Made by a program: the position numbers and the translations under genes. Below the pieces are notes generated by a model. It ran no database searches, was not told the DNA's origin, and saw only the letters and a program-made list of their open reading frames with translations. Positions 40,564 through 55,600 of a stretch of 64,000 nucleotides of DNA are shown one piece after another; within the stretch, counting starts at the first letter, position 1; every line of letters begins with the position of its first letter. The DNA comes from Lingula anatina (taxonomy: Eukaryota; Animalia; Brachiopoda): positions 63,156,788-63,220,787 of the forward strand of contig CM120640.1 of assembly GCA_051362555.1 (NCBI GenBank). The letters are read 5' to 3'.

Positions 40564-43500
40564 CAGAGGCTAGACATTAACTAGGTGAACAGATGGCAAT
40601 ATATGATGGCAACAGAACCTGAAAATGTGTTCAGTGTTTTTCAGTCACGTTTCTGTGACATAGTTCAAATGTGCCATGCTTCAGCAACGGTGCTTGGCAC
40701 GGAGAAGAACACGAAGGGAGATTTGCTGTTGGGTTTTGAAGTTATTTTGGACCATAGGTGCATATGGAGGGAGACATTTTTTGTCAGTGAACTAGTTTTG
40801 AAGATCTCCTTAAACAGTACCCTGAATACAAGTGCATTACTGGTACTATCTCATTTGTTATAAATCCTTTGACATGACATAATGACTGTTGTTTTTGGTA
40901 TGCCAGTGTTGCAATGGATGCTCTCTGCAGAACTGAATAATCATATGATTGTAATCTAAACAGACTGTAAGTTTGATTTTGAAGCTAGCTGGACAATGTT
41001 TATGGTAATTAATTCTAGACAGCCACTTTTTGTAAACACCTTATCAATAAGTTTTAAGACCACTTTTTATGGACATAAAGCCATCACTTGTTCACTATGC
41101 CGTAAATGTGCTCTTTCTTTAACACCTTCAAAAGAAAATCTTGTTGCTTATTATTCTCATAAATACAAGAATGATTTTTGGGACCATGAAGAAGCTTGAA
41201 AACCATCCTTTCTTAGAAATTGTGTATTTTTAATGAATTTTTTTGTTTTTTGTTCATTGTCATTTTCAAGGAGGTGTGTCTTTAAACTCCCATAAGCCCG
41301 AATCCCTGTGCTAGTGACATTTTCTGATGTGCTCTTGTAGTAGTGCATTATTAAAAATTGGTGTTGATTATTCTGTTAAATATTGCAGCAGAATTGACAA
41401 AAACTTTGGTGCACCGTCATCATAAATAGCTTGAAATAAAAAGTCTTTATTTTTCAGGAAATTAATCAGGATTTTGAACTATAGTTAACAAGAATTCAGT
41501 AAACTCATTTCTGTAAAAACCAACATTCAGAAGGAAGACTACAATGCAATTTTGTACTGTCGATTCAATTTAATAAACCTCAGATGGTACATTACACAGC
41601 TTGTTTTTTTTTTCTTTTGGGCAATTTATATTGACAAAAAGCCTGGACCAGTCCAGCACTTGCAGGTTTTCAGAGCCCAAGAAAACTTCTTAAATTCAAT
41701 ATCTGTTTGATAGAATGACAGGCAGTTGCTACCTTTGTACTATACTACATCTGGTCAAATCCATCAGCTTCTTAAATCGATAACCCAGGTAACTAGGACA
41801 GTAACAAGGTATTGTAGCCCAAAATTCATGATTAAATATTTGTGGAAAAATACTGTATGCTCCATTCTAATGGAAACAGTTCTTGTGTTCAAGTCCTGGA
41901 AATTATATGGGTGGGCTAGTTAACCGGGTGTTTATTCATAATGAGTATGAAGTAATGTTATGACACGCTCAACAATTGGACTTCAAATCACTCTTCTGAA
42001 CAATGGATTTTATTTTAATAAATACATCAACAACAACATGATACTCCTCCATTGCATGTCAAATATACTATAAATATGTCCGCTTTTACTTTCTTTAAAC
42101 ACATCTGGCCCACGTGTTCAACTATAGTAATCTGACAGTCTTTACTGTGGCTAATAAAAACAGCTCAGATCTAACAATAAATATCAAATATAGAAATAAT
42201 GGCAGGCAGGTAACGGAATTGGGAGGCATAGCTTATTTAAGCCTTTTCAAAAATGATAAGGCTGATAAATACATAGTAACAGCATAATCTACCAGCATGC
42301 TAAATATCCAAAGTAATTGGATATTACAACAAAAAGTAATGTAACTAAAATAACTGAAGTCTTTGGAAATTACATTTATAAAATAAAAGAACACCAAATG
42401 GCACTTTAAAAATTCTGAAATGCAGGTAAACCAACTCCTTTTGGTCTTGAACAACACCTTTTGGTTTTGACCACTAATTACTTTACCCAATCTCCACTTA
42501 CTTGGCACAAATTACCACTCGCTTTCATTGCACTAGACACAAGTGAGACAAAAGTGCTTTTACCACACTCAACTGAAAGTGTATCATTTACTAGAATTTG
42601 TATGTAGGTCAGGATCCTTCATTCTTGCTATATATCAATCTTTATCTATGCTATTTACCATATATGATCAACAATTAAGATACAACACAAAATATCTTTA
42701 CAAATATTTCAAAACAAGATTATCACAACATCTGATGAAGATGCAACGTTTGAAAATTTAAAAAAGAGCATTTTGTCTTTGAGAGAGCATATGATAAACA
42801 TATATAACTGCAAAGAAAACAAGTAAACTATATTCTCAATTTTAAATATAATATGTAAACATATATGTGGTTTGTGTGCCGTCCCTGACGACTTTTGTCC
42901 TGACCAATGAGATCTCTTCAATACAATTTTTCCAGAGATTAATTCACATTCTGATTACATTAAAGATTGCATGTTATGTCCATCAGTTTGCACTGCATCA
43001 ACAGTGCTTAAGATCCAGCAATCTGTAAAAATCAAAACAAAAAAAAAATAATAATAATAATAAAACACAAAAATATAATATTATGAGCAATGAAATTAAT
43101 TTTCATTGCAACTAAATTCCTTTAACTAATATTTGAACAATAAAATCAGAAGATAAATAACTGTTACGTTTAATTATATTCACACAATTTGTTTCTTAGC
43201 TAATACACAAGGAATATTAAGGGAAACAGATATCCTATTTCCCCATCCAACCAGCACTGGTGTTAGGCCTTTGCATATGCAAAGATTTTCCAGTATGGGC
43301 AATTTTTACCAGTTCACAAACGAAAAGGAGTGCAGTTTTGTTTTTGAGTACTAGTATTTTCTTCCTATCTGATAAAAGTTTCAAGACTTCCAAACAGTAC
43401 TATACAATAACACACAAAGTTTGTCTTCATTAATCCCTTTCATTTCTTATCCAACAAAGCCATAGCACTGTTGCAGTACAAAACGATGGCTCAATAACAT

Positions 43501-43754
43501 ACTTAACATGAAATCAGACATGGTTGTCATTATCTCTTCATTTATATCAGGAAGACAGTGAAAACATAATGAAATTACTTTGAAGTCATCTCCATTGTGA
43601 CTATAACAATTTCACCAACTGTAATTAGCCGAAGTCATTTATGTTCAAAATAGGCATTCAATTTCAATTATAAAATGCCAACTTACTCCTGAAATAAACA
43701 ACCTACATATGGCTTGCTTACTTTCCCAGATCCATAACTTTATCCACTGAAGTC

Positions 43755-46700
43755 CTACACAACTGGTTCCTCATCTTTATTTGCTGATTCCTGAGATTCA
43801 CCAGTTTCCAGTAATGGAGTAAGGCTGGTTACAGTGCTCTGGTTTGTGTATGGGGTATAGCCATAGTCTGTCCCAACATGCATGGGAACAGTTACAGACT
43901 CAGCAATAGGGGCAAGAGAAGGAGAAGGGCCCTCTGCATTGTTGGTTGGTTGCCCAGAGGTATCTCCCCAATTTGTAACATTTGACTCATTTGCTGAACT
44001 GGACCTTCCCTCATCTTGTTCATCACAAATTGTAACTGTGAACCCATGGACTACTCTGGTGGCATCATTGGATGATATAGAGGTATACTTTGGTGCGTCA
44101 ACTGCAGTTGGGCTGTTGACAGTGCTCTGAGGTGGTGTGATGTCTGTAAAATTACCAGATGGGGACATACTGCAATTCATCCTACTCCTCTGACCATTAA
44201 GCCATCTTTCTACATATGAAGAAGCAACAGATTCTTGCTTACTGGTACGCTCTCCTCTGGGTCTTCGAATTGGAACAGGACTCCTAGTACTACTACTCAA
44301 ATGTCCTTTTCTTGGTGAGTGACTGGTTCGTCTCTCTGAAACTGGGGTTCCAGGGCTACTATGGCTCAAGGAATTGAGACTCAAGGGGCGCTGCACATGC
44401 CCTTCAACCAATTCAGAAATGCGACGTGGTTTGTGACTTGATAAATTTCCTGAATTTATGGATGTCCCCAATTCTATGTTAGAATGTATGTACCTGTGTT
44501 GATGTGGGGATGGCATACTGTAGTTCTCATTTTCAGGAATGGTTTCCATTGGCATCACAACCTTCATGTCACAGTCAGAAAAACTGTAGTGAAAAAAACA
44601 TTACAGCTCATTAAGCATGAAATCCAAGAGGCTCTTTCTGAAGAAATAACCACAGCAATCATGACAGGTCTTTAAATAAAGGTGTCTCAATGTTACCTTT
44701 TTCATAAGGGATTCTTTGTTGAGCTTAAAACAAATAATGACTAAACATTACAAACTTCTAACATCTTTGCCACATGAAAATCATATAAGTAAAACATAAG
44801 ATGTGAGTGCACATTGTGTACCATTTTCTTTTTGTTTCAAAAAAATTCTTAATTTTCTTTCTTGAAAATTCTTTCACTTTTTCCATTTAATATCCACCTC
44901 ATATCAGCAGTTGAGCCCAGCCATGGGTCAATTCTGGTTTTCACAGAAGACTTGGTGTATGGAATGATAGGCTCAAGCTCATCCCAATACATATCAATTT
45001 CCAGCTTTGGAAGAACCATGTACATTTCATCCACAGCCAATAGAGAGACCTGGAACAAGATACAGGCCAATCTTGAACATCATTTCATTTTGGCAGTATT
45101 ATATAGGTTACTTTTAAAAACTCAAAATTGAATTCTTCAATCAATTCTTACAATTATTTAAATCACATTTAAGTATGAAATGAAAAGCATTTAACTGACA
45201 AACAGTACTTTCATACCTGTAAATTTCTGTCAATCATCCAGTTTACTTCAAAGTCATCATCACCTTCTCCAAATGGATTGGTCAACTGTTCTGCAACCTG
45301 AAAAGAGATTATTTGTAGACATGTAAATGCTGCTTACCAATTATCGTAAGAATTGTAATCATTCTCCTTTTTACTCTTCCATTCATATCTGCTCACCTTT
45401 ATCCAGCCCATATAAAAGAAGAATTGCAGCACACTGAATGCTGGAACGTAGAGGTCAACATCGTGGCCTGGGTAACCCTGGGAAGGGTCCAGAAACTGGC
45501 TAGTTAGGAGTGTGGCCAGAAAGTAAGTGTATATAGCCAAAGTTGTCACCTGAGGAAAATATTTTTACCAAATAATATTCTTATTCAACATCATAAAAAT
45601 CCATTCAAGTCTCCACATGAGTTCCTATTCAACTTCAGTAGGAACAATATCTGTGGCAGAGATTTTTACCCAATTAAAATTATATGATATCATTAAAATT
45701 ATGTTAATGTCTCCACATGGATTCTAATTCAAATTTTGTAGCAACTACTCCAATTTTTCTTTATTTAAATATTACACATTTCATTATTATATTTCTTAAA
45801 TGGACTATGCTGTAAACACATTGGAGCACCTTAAATGTTAACTGGCACACCTTTAGAGAAAACACCTTACTGGAATTGGTGGTTTTGGCACTCAAATATG
45901 GTAGTAATACAGAGAAACTTACTAAGTAGCACCATGAGATGCAACTAGATAATTATGAGAAGCAGAATAAATGTCACTGACTTCAGATGTTTCTTGTGAA
46001 TATCTTTGAAAACTTACGACTATTATTTGAAGAATCCCTTCATAAAGAAGCAAAACATTTGATTATGTTAACATTGGCACCAAAGTAACTCTAAATGGCA
46101 TGTATATATTTCAGGAAATAACCAGGCTGTCTACAAGAAGATTTAATTACTTACCTGTGTATAAACTAAAGGAATGCTGATCCAGTCAAACGTGTACATG
46201 CTGCCAAGACCAGCTCTGAAGTTGTTAATTTCCTGCAAAATAAATAGGACTTGCAGTTAAGGTAAGAGGGAATACCTAAACACACAATCTGCAGACAAAT
46301 AAGTAAGAAACAGAATCCACCCTAACCTCCATCATTCAGTTAAGTTAACTGTTCACTTCCATTTCAATCATTACTGGTACCTCTTTCATGGTCTCATCTA
46401 TCTATTTATCTATTTTTCACCTCCCCAAAACATGTCACTGATCTGCCACTGAAGTGATTACACAAAGGGACCATTTCCAGACCCTTTCGTACTAACTTTG
46501 GATCGATTTATCTCCAAGGGGATTCTTGCTAAAATTGCCATCAACTTAAGTGGCTTAGATGGCTGTCATGTCTACTGAAGCTGCTAGGGGGTAATTAATT
46601 ATCGTTTAGCAGCTTAATCAGCAGGCGTGACAGACATCTAACCTGCTTCAGCTAAAAGCAATTGAGCGAGAAACCCCTTGGAGATGGATCAATCCTGTTA

Positions 46701-49540
46701 GATTGATCTAGGCATGGGAGCCCAGTCTCAGCTACCTGTAATAAGGTCTTAAGACTGATGTCATCCTTGATCCTTCCCTCATTCCTTGCTATGGATGTAA
46801 GGGTGCAGGCCCAGTGGCATGGCACCCAGTACTTGCTGTGGGGAGAAGGAAGGTCTTCAAACAGTTTCTTTTCATCTTCTGTCATCAACCCTGGAAACCC
46901 AAATAGCAGCAATTGAAATGCAAGGAATAATATCAAGTTCGCAATAATACAGCATGGCAGCTGCATGTTGTATCATTGCTGTAATCAGGTACAGCAATGT
47001 CAAAAACTCAAAATATAAAATTTCAATGGGTGGAATAAAAACCAATCTTTACACGGTGAAATATGCTTTCAAATGCAGTTTTCAATATTTTCATGGTCTT
47101 CCTCTGTTTCTTCTGACTCAAGGAAATTCTACTTTTAGTGAATCCCAAGATATGTGAAAATTTGATCACCAAACACTTTGGGTTTTATTCCACGCCTTGC
47201 CCACTTACCTCTTCTTCTACAATTACCCCTGTGGCATATAAAATAGAGGAGTAATTGTATCCTCAGCACCAAGGTACCACTCGGGGTCTGGGTCTTTAAT
47301 AGAACTCTCCGATTATTATACTTTATTCCAATTTGTTCCAATTTGATCATCGATCATCATCATCATCATCATCATATACAGAAACAAAGTTCTTAACAGT
47401 GAAGTCTTGGAGCCAAGTCTTTCTTTCCAATTATCTTGAGTCCTTCAAACATTATGGTATAACTGCAAGTTTATCCTGTAAATGCAAACCAAACCAGATG
47501 TAAGAGTAAATTATGTTAGAAGGGGCCCTGAAAAGTTGAAGAAAAATAACCCATGCCCGTGTACAGATGAAAAGCCAAGGTGTAGCAGCAAGACCAAATA
47601 GTGGGTGGCTTGTAAAAAATATTCTGGTGTATTCTTTGTAACGCAAATCTCAAATTCTAGCATTTCTAAAATGGTGCTTTTATAAAGGAACAGAAATCTT
47701 TATCTTCCAGAACACAAAATAATGAAAGGTCAACCAGAACACAATAAATGAAAAATAAACAACTGAGTTTTAGGCATTTAACTGTTATAATATTGGCCCG
47801 TTGTTGATTTAACCTTCAGCCTGCCTTAACCAATGTGCACTGTTTATAGAAACATTCCTGAAACAAGGAAACTACAAACACGGATAACAAAATTCCTCAA
47901 ATTTACTAAATTCATTTAATCTTTATATTAACAAATAGGAAAGTTTGTCTCCATTATCACTGACCACCTGCAATAAAATTTCACACACCTATCAGTTCAT
48001 TGACATTCACATGAGCATTGACCAAACAAAGGCTGTGACACATATTCCAACATGAAGCATCTAAATTAGGTTTGAATTCACATCAACCCTGATTTGTAAC
48101 CTATGAAACATCAGCACTTCTACATACCTGCATCAACTATATAATCCAGAGTAGGAAAGCGTTTGAGAGTAGAAGGACTAATGGATCTGCATAATAGTAC
48201 CATTGCAAGATTCAAGTAGCGAAGAAGAGTACGGCGAATGAGACGGCCTCTTTCATCACTTCCATGTATGAGGGAAGAAACATACATCATTATCCTGAAA
48301 TAAGAATGATTTGCAGCAAAAGCATTTTACATTTACTACAAGAGCCTTTTAAACCTCCCATCATTTTATATTTTGTACGACAAGAGAAGGCTTACATTAA
48401 ATAATATCGAAAGATAATTGCTAGAAAAAAAGACATCTATAGAAAAGAGAGATGAGGGCATAACTGATAAAATTAAAACTTTTTTTCCTAAAATTAATAA
48501 TACCACATCTAAATGTTCTTTACTTACGTATCAGGCCATGGTATAGCTAAAAATTGGCTCCACCACCTTCCTAGAACCATAGCCACATAAAAACCCAGAA
48601 CAAATGAAACAGGAATCAAATTGGTAAAGGCTTGGCAATACAACACAAGCTTTTCAAAAAACCTGCAAAAAAACAAAACAAAATCAGTAAGAAATGTAAT
48701 ATTAAATAATAAGAGATATACAAATGTTCCACATATGCTTCTAAGGTTTGGGGCAATCGAAATCCTTTAATCTACATGAAACATTGTCAATTTCTATGTC
48801 TGGTTTCTATGCTACAGATCCATTTTTATCCCTGCCAAAATGAAGGTTGGAAGGTTAAAGATCAAGGTGAGGTTGAATAACTGCACTGAGTTAAGTGCAC
48901 CGTGTGGTATTTTTACAATCAAAATTTCAAAAAATCTGGCCAACCAGGATAAATTTACTAGAAAAACATGTTAGTCATTGTGGCAAATGCTAAAGGAAAT
49001 GTTTTTCTTACTGGCAGGAATTTTAATATTTCAAGTATATTTGACATCTGACTGAAAAGGCATCATTTAATTCCACCTTAGCTGCATAGTAAAAATAATA
49101 ATAATACAAATGAAACCTGAACAAACCAAAAAATATTTATCTGAAAAGATATTTCTAAAGCAAACTTTAAAACACAAAGATCATTTCATTAACTTTCCCA
49201 AAAAATTAAACTTACATTACCCTTGGCATTTACAGTTATTTCAGTTAAAATAAACATATTGTATTAAGTTTTTGGCTTATTCAATAGACAACAAATTGGT
49301 AATCAAGTTATTCATTATGCTGTTCTAAAATGAGTAAGGTTACCACTACACATGTACATACCTCTTCTGATCCTGCAGAAGTATAACTCTGTATATGAGA
49401 CTAACAGTTGTGTACAGCAATAGGTAGATTATCATCTCCCTGTACATGATTTTGTAAATACTGCCCTTCCAGTAAAACAGAAGGCGTGAGAAGCCCCAAA
49501 GTTTGGGATTGGCAACTTGAGCTTGGTAGGAGATGGTCAT
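43755..49540 (-). CDS. BEST: Bestrophin (Ca2+-activated chloride channel) with long low-complexity C-terminal tail
   Basis: Exons 49540-49362, 48662-48528, 48294-48128, 46890-46736, 46232-46155, 45549-45397, 45297-45217, 45049-44898, 44583-43755, all GT-AG and in phase. Motifs MTISY...[24 protein letters not shown]...[52 protein letters not shown]. Confidence 0.97.
46467..46720. mobile_element. Palindromic MITE relic (family shared with 54997-55215)
   Basis: Imperfect foldback (gatcgatttatctccaagggg...ccccttggagatggatc) centred on taattaatta; left arm aligns with the CDC37-intron copy. Confidence 0.7.
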
Positions 49541-49552
49541 GGCAGTTGTTCA

Positions 49553-49588
49553 GTCTCTCTCTCTCTCTCTTTTCTCTCTCTCTCTCTC
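49553..49588. repeat. (CT)n/(GA)n microsatellite in the bestrophin 5' leader
   Basis: ctctctct run just upstream of the bestrophin ATG. Confidence 0.9.
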
Positions 49589-50788
49589 ACAGACAGTTTG
49601 GCACAAAACAAACAGAGATTACTAATCCTCCTTTAGAATTAGATAAACTTGAACACCATCACTTTGCTGCCAAGTCCTGCACCAGAGACTATTTGTTCAA
49701 CCTGGTTCAGCTGAGGGTATAAAGCTCACCTACAAAATATAGAAGTGAAGATAAAACGTATCCAGGTGGTAACTAGGTGCCACTTCCTATTTAGTTGTAC
49801 TGCAATTCTTGATAGATTGATAAGCTGAAACTTAAAACAATACTGACATCATCCATGGAAGCCAGTAAGATAAAAATCATTTTGCCAGCTTGAATAACTC
49901 TATTCTTGCTCTCATTTTGAGAGCGAGTCCGAGTCAGTAAAACTTTGTGGGGCAAAGAAAATGCCAACCTTTTTATTCCACATAAACTAGCTGAAGCTAG
50001 ATGTAGGCGGGCATTAAGGTAATTATGGGTGTTTTATGCAAGTAATAATTCAAACTGACTTGACGTGATTATTGGCAGGGACAATTCTGGAAATGGTCAG
50101 CAAACCAAATGTTAAACCCACCCTTTGTAAAACCACTACAGTACCTGCCAAGAGCTAACACCGAGACAGAAACCACATGCATAGTTTATATCAGGTCTAT
50201 ACTGGTTCTAACTGGATTTGTCATGAAAAAAACATCCATTCAATTCAGCCTGCCATGCAACATTTAGTACCATTGATTACAGTAAATTGGAGATATATTG
50301 CTAAATGGTGACACTTAACTGTAGTATCTTTTAATACTTAACCCAAAGATTATCACACAAATAAAAATAATATTCAAGTTGATACTTATTTTATCTTTTT
50401 AAGATTTTTTTTTTTTTTTGAGTTTTGGTCTAAAAAACACCAGTTAAGAGGGTTTGATATGTTATAAAGATCTATATATCTATATGACAAATTAGTACCC
50501 CTGATTCTTTTATGTGAAATACTAACAGAATGTTAATTTTAGCACCATAAAAATAAACACTTATATATCAGTTTTTACCCAAAAATGTTGAAATTATCAT
50601 CAGCTCCAATTTGCATATTTGTCCTGATATATTTTGATGTGACAGCAGTCTATAACTTGACAATGTTTATTGCTGAATTATCTAAGTGGAAAAGAAAAAA
50701 AAACAAACATACCAAACCCCATTAGTACCCATAAAAAACCTAATGTATAACATTTGATTACATCACTCTTATAATGTTGGTTGTATGG

Positions 50789-50947
50789 TACCCTTTACCA
50801 GGGCGAGTGATAGATTTTTTTACAGATATTCACAGATATGTCTCTAGCTAGATAGATGGTCATTTAAAGCTAAATGACCATCTATCTAGCTAGAGACATA
50901 TCTGTGAATATCTGTAAAAAATCTATCACTCGCCCTTGTAGAGGGTA
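50789..50947. mobile_element. Foldback MITE with 9-bp TSD, copy 3
   Basis: Near-identical to 2835-2988; flanked by perfect gttgtatgg direct repeats. Confidence 0.92.
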
Positions 50948-51362
50948 GTTGTATGGTATCTCATGGCATATCATAGAAATACCTGATTTTTGAAAGTAAA
51001 ACATTATTTGCAAGTGGCTTGTTTATAAACTATGTAAATGCCAGGCTGTTTAAAATATTAATCTAATATGTATGACTGTGATGAAGACTACTGACCCAAC
51101 AGAAACCAGTTGGTAAATAAGCCAGTACAATCAGGATTTTAAATCCGTATGTATCTTTCCTTTCAGGTGATGACTATTTGATACTTTAGTTGTTGTCAAT
51201 TTAATATTAATTATAATTCATATGTTTAAATATTTATTTCCTCTGTCGACAAAGGAGGTTATTTTTTTGTTGTCTGTCTGGCTTGTCTGTTCATAATTTT
51301 GTAAGTGGACAAAATGCCAATATTTCAAGGTCTTCACAAAATTTGATAAAATTTCCAGAAAA

Positions 51363-51592
51363 GCAGTTATTCAGAAAGGAAAAAAGAACTTTTTAGAATA
51401 ATGAGACTTCTCTTATTTTCACAAACCTCAACCCATGAATATCAGATTTCTTCCCATTTTTACCATGTGTGATAAAATTTCAAGAGAGGCAGTCACTCAG
51501 AAAGGAAAAAAGAACTTTTCAAAATAACAAGACTACTCTCATTTTCATTAACCTACAACCATGAATATCAGATTTCTTCCCATTTTTACCAT
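51363..51592. repeat. Diverged tandem duplication, ~127-bp unit
   Basis: gcagt..cagaaaggaaaaaagaacttt...ccatgaatatcagatttcttcccatttttaccatg occurs twice. Confidence 0.85.
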
Positions 51593-52695
51593 GCATATTG
51601 CTTCTCAAAGAAAAATGCTCAAATAATGGAAGTTTTAGCAGGTGTAATTACCTCCATGCCACTTTTAGCCTTCCCTGTTGAGCAAATTATATCATACACA
51701 CGTACATGTACCATAACTTGGTATTTAGTTGTATTTCAAATAGTTTGTAAGCATTGCCTCTTTCAAACAACCAGAGTCACTAATGTACATATGCAGAGGT
51801 TTGTTGCCTGCCTGTATTTATACATGTCCCAGTACCTATACTTTATCTGGCATAGAGTAATATATAGCATTTTTAACAAATTAATTTTAAAATACTAAAC
51901 CAATTTTTGATCTGGGTATTTTTTTAATTTGTAAGACAAGTGTGGTATTGTTATTCATTCGGTATTTTTTTTATACAAACAAGGTAACAGCCATGCATGG
52001 CTATGGACAGTGCATGCAAGCTGACTGAGAATCAAGCTTGTCTTACATGTATTAAAGCAAGCATGGTGTCACTAAATCATACATTTTGACCTTAATGAGA
52101 TGGCTCAAATATTCAAACGGTGATTCATACTCGGATATGTGGCTACATGTCTATCAAATTGTCAGTCTCTGGCATTATTACAAAAATGTCTGTGGACCCA
52201 AGACGCAATGTCCATAGGAAACATATATTAGGACTGCCTTGTCATTTGAAGAGTCAGTAGTCAAACACTATTCCACAGAACGTAAATGTTAATCTGAATG
52301 GAATTGATATTTTCTTAACATACACTGTGTAAAACAAACTACTTCAACACTTACTTCGCTACCAGAGTGATCTGCAACCTCTGTGTGTATGAATTTAATA
52401 ATATTCTGAACTGGTTCAATCCAGTTGCTTTCAGTTTTCTTGTCACGTGACAGATGTAAACAAAGTAGCATGAGGTTTCTGATAATATTTGGAAAAGAAA
52501 AAAGAGCACATCTTTAAGACACTGCATATTTTTGTGCTTGTGTAACTTAATGAGGTTTTCTTAAATCTTCTGAATTGGCACATAATTTTACAAAAACAAA
52601 ATGTCAAGCATGACCTCATTGTAATAAATACCCAATCAACGTGGAAGCATATCAGCAATCCTTATTATGCAGTCACGGAGAAAATCAGACCGACA

Positions 52696-55600
52696 ATGTC
52701 GAAATTCAAGAGCGTTACATCAAAAGGCATTGATTACAGCGCATGGGATCATATTGAAGTGAGTATCCATTTTAGAATTAATCCTCAACAGCAATTAAAT
52801 TAAGCGACATGTCGAGAACGTTTATGAAACGGCTTGATAATTTTTTGGTTGGTCTAAAATACGTCTCATTTGACTGGAAGTTTCTAGAATCTCTTTCACT
52901 TTGGAGACCGTGTGACTTCAACTACTAGCACTTATGTCGTAGTAAGAATTGGATAATATTGAAAAAAATACGTTAATGTATGAAATATCTTAGCTTTTAA
53001 GACATATTGTGTTGATAAAACAGAGATATATATTGGGGGAAACGGATCAAAGGGAATTAATTATTTTTTAATGAATTCAACAAAATCGCAATATACAACG
53101 TCGCTGGATCCGTTTTGGACAAGAATTGACACTTTCTCTAGTCTTGCCCAGTAGTGGATTGTTGTATGAATGTGAAATTTGGCATGCATCAAAAAGAAAT
53201 ATAACCTTATATGATCCCACATAGGCAGCCATTTATTGATTTGAAAGTGTACCTAAACATCGTCCACAACCGTCCTCCCAATCAACGGGTCCTACTAAAC
53301 ATAGAAATGGATAGAAATGGGCAGAAATGGATAGAAATGGACAGAAATGGACCGATATATAGACCTCTAGGTAATACAATATAATTTTAACAATAAGGCA
53401 TTTCAAATTAGTTATATTTACAAGCCACCATCAGTCATCCTTTACACCAAAGATCAGCTACAGGAGATGCATGCTGTGTGCTCAGGAGGGAAGAACAACA
53501 GCTTAATTGGGGTAGACAGAACATTTGCAGTAGGAAAAATGAGGAAAATTGGAACGAAGTGTCCAACGTCCAAAATAGGTCCCACAACATTACACCATAA
53601 AAAACCATAAACTAATATTAACTTCTGAAACAAAAAATTGGTCCATGTGCATTAAAAATTCAAATAAATTAGACATGGCCCTAAAACCAAGAACACCAAC
53701 CTTAATAGCCCAGACTACATACTATTATTCGTTTGGAAATCCAAGCAATATTTGTGCATGAAAGACTCCAGTTTTAGGTACAAACATGTTTGTTGAATAC
53801 TCAACAGCCATGTTGTCCATAGCATGGTTTGATTATGAATATTTGATTCATTTTCTAGACTGGCATGGGGCAATGAAGAACAAAAAACATGGGGAAATTA
53901 ATCTAGTCCACAATTGTATATATGCCACTTTGAAGTGTAAATATAGAACTTCCATGTTAAGACTTTTGGAAATTATAATTTTTGTAGATCTCAGATGATG
54001 AAGATGATACACATCCTAATATTGACACTCCTAGCTTGTTCAGATGGCGACATCAGGCCAGGTTAGAGAAGATGGCAGAGTTGGAGAAAGAAAAACAAAC
54101 TGTTGAAAAAGAATATCAGAGGTAACATATAGTTAATTAAACAAATGTTTTCTCTTTATTCAAAGGGACAGTATATACACTTAAACACTTATATCCCAAA
54201 AGCCTCCTTGTCATCCTTGCTAAATAATGAAATTTTTATATCCATTAAAAAGTTGCATTTTTATGTGAAATTAATATGTTTAAAACTCACTGCTACTTAT
54301 TAAGAATTTATTGCCAACAAACCAGCTAGAAAATTAGTGTTCCTAGTATCATTTTTCCCTTTCTTGTACATTATGTAAACATTAAACTACAAACCATTTG
54401 TCTAACAGTATATTGAGCAGTTGAAATTAATGTTTCTGCAATATAAGTATCCAAAAAAATTAAGTTTATACTGCTATCGTGGTATTTGTCTATACTGATT
54501 CAAGCAATGTGAATTGTGTTTCAATTTGTGATAATTGATTCATTACACCCTTCAGACGTGAGCAGAAGAAAGCAGAAATTCAGAAGAAGCTGCGTGAAGC
54601 CGAGGAGGTACAGTATGACCCTAGAGCCCAGGGCAACCATTAACCCCAACAAGAGGGATATTGTACAAAAATTGTTTGTTCATAAATATACAATTTCTTG
54701 ATTAGCATATTTTGTAAACTCTAAAGGCATTCTTCCTGCAAGTCGGTTATTGAAATGTAGTATGATTCTCTGAAGTCAGCACATTGAGCATTCATCCATC
54801 TATTTTTCATAGAAATTTCACTCAGATATTTTTTGATATTACCAGTAAGTTTAATATTGTTTCAATACTAATTTCAGTCCAATGCTGTGGCAGAAGACCT
54901 CAGTAAGTTGAAATTAGAACTGTCAGAATTAGAGAAGCAAGAAGCTGAATGGAAAAAGAAAGAAGCTGAAATTGCTAAGAAAGAGAAAGTAAGTTAGAGA
55001 CCATTCCCATAGATATTTGGATTGATCTATCTTCCTGGGGAGTCTCACTAAATTACTGTCAACTTGACTGGCTTAAATGTCTCTCATGCCTAGTAAAGCT
55101 GATAGGGGGTAATTATCTTTACCCCCTAGGTTATTCGGTAGGCATGACAGACATAAAAGCCGGTTATTTGATAGCAATTTAGTGAGACTCCCCAGGGAGT
55201 TAGGTCGATCCACCCCAAAACACACAGCAGTGACACAATATTTTATATGATTTATTTGGAAAGCCTATCCCCCCCCAATTATTTCTACATTTTGATCCCC
55301 CCCCCCCCCCCCCCCCCAGACACAGACACAGACACACTCCCCCCTTTCCCCCAACAAGGAAAGTGTCTCAAAAAAAAGTATTATGAGGCCTGCCTAAACT
55401 TGTAGAAAGAAGCTTAAGCAATGTTCAAAATGTAATTTTTGAGTGGGACAATTAAGTTTCTGTTACACACACACACACACACCCTTAAAAAATATTCAAT
55501 GTTTTCAAGCAAGTAGATTTTGGGTGAAGGCAAGCGAATCAAGAAGTTTATGTATGTCGAGTTAATGTAAATATTTTAAAGATTTCACACTTAGTCTAAT

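Noticed and set aside
43882-44675. + strand ORFs overlapping the bestrophin last exon (also those antisense to PDE3, CNOT2 and MPPED exons)
   Set aside because: Shadow frames opposite real coding exons.
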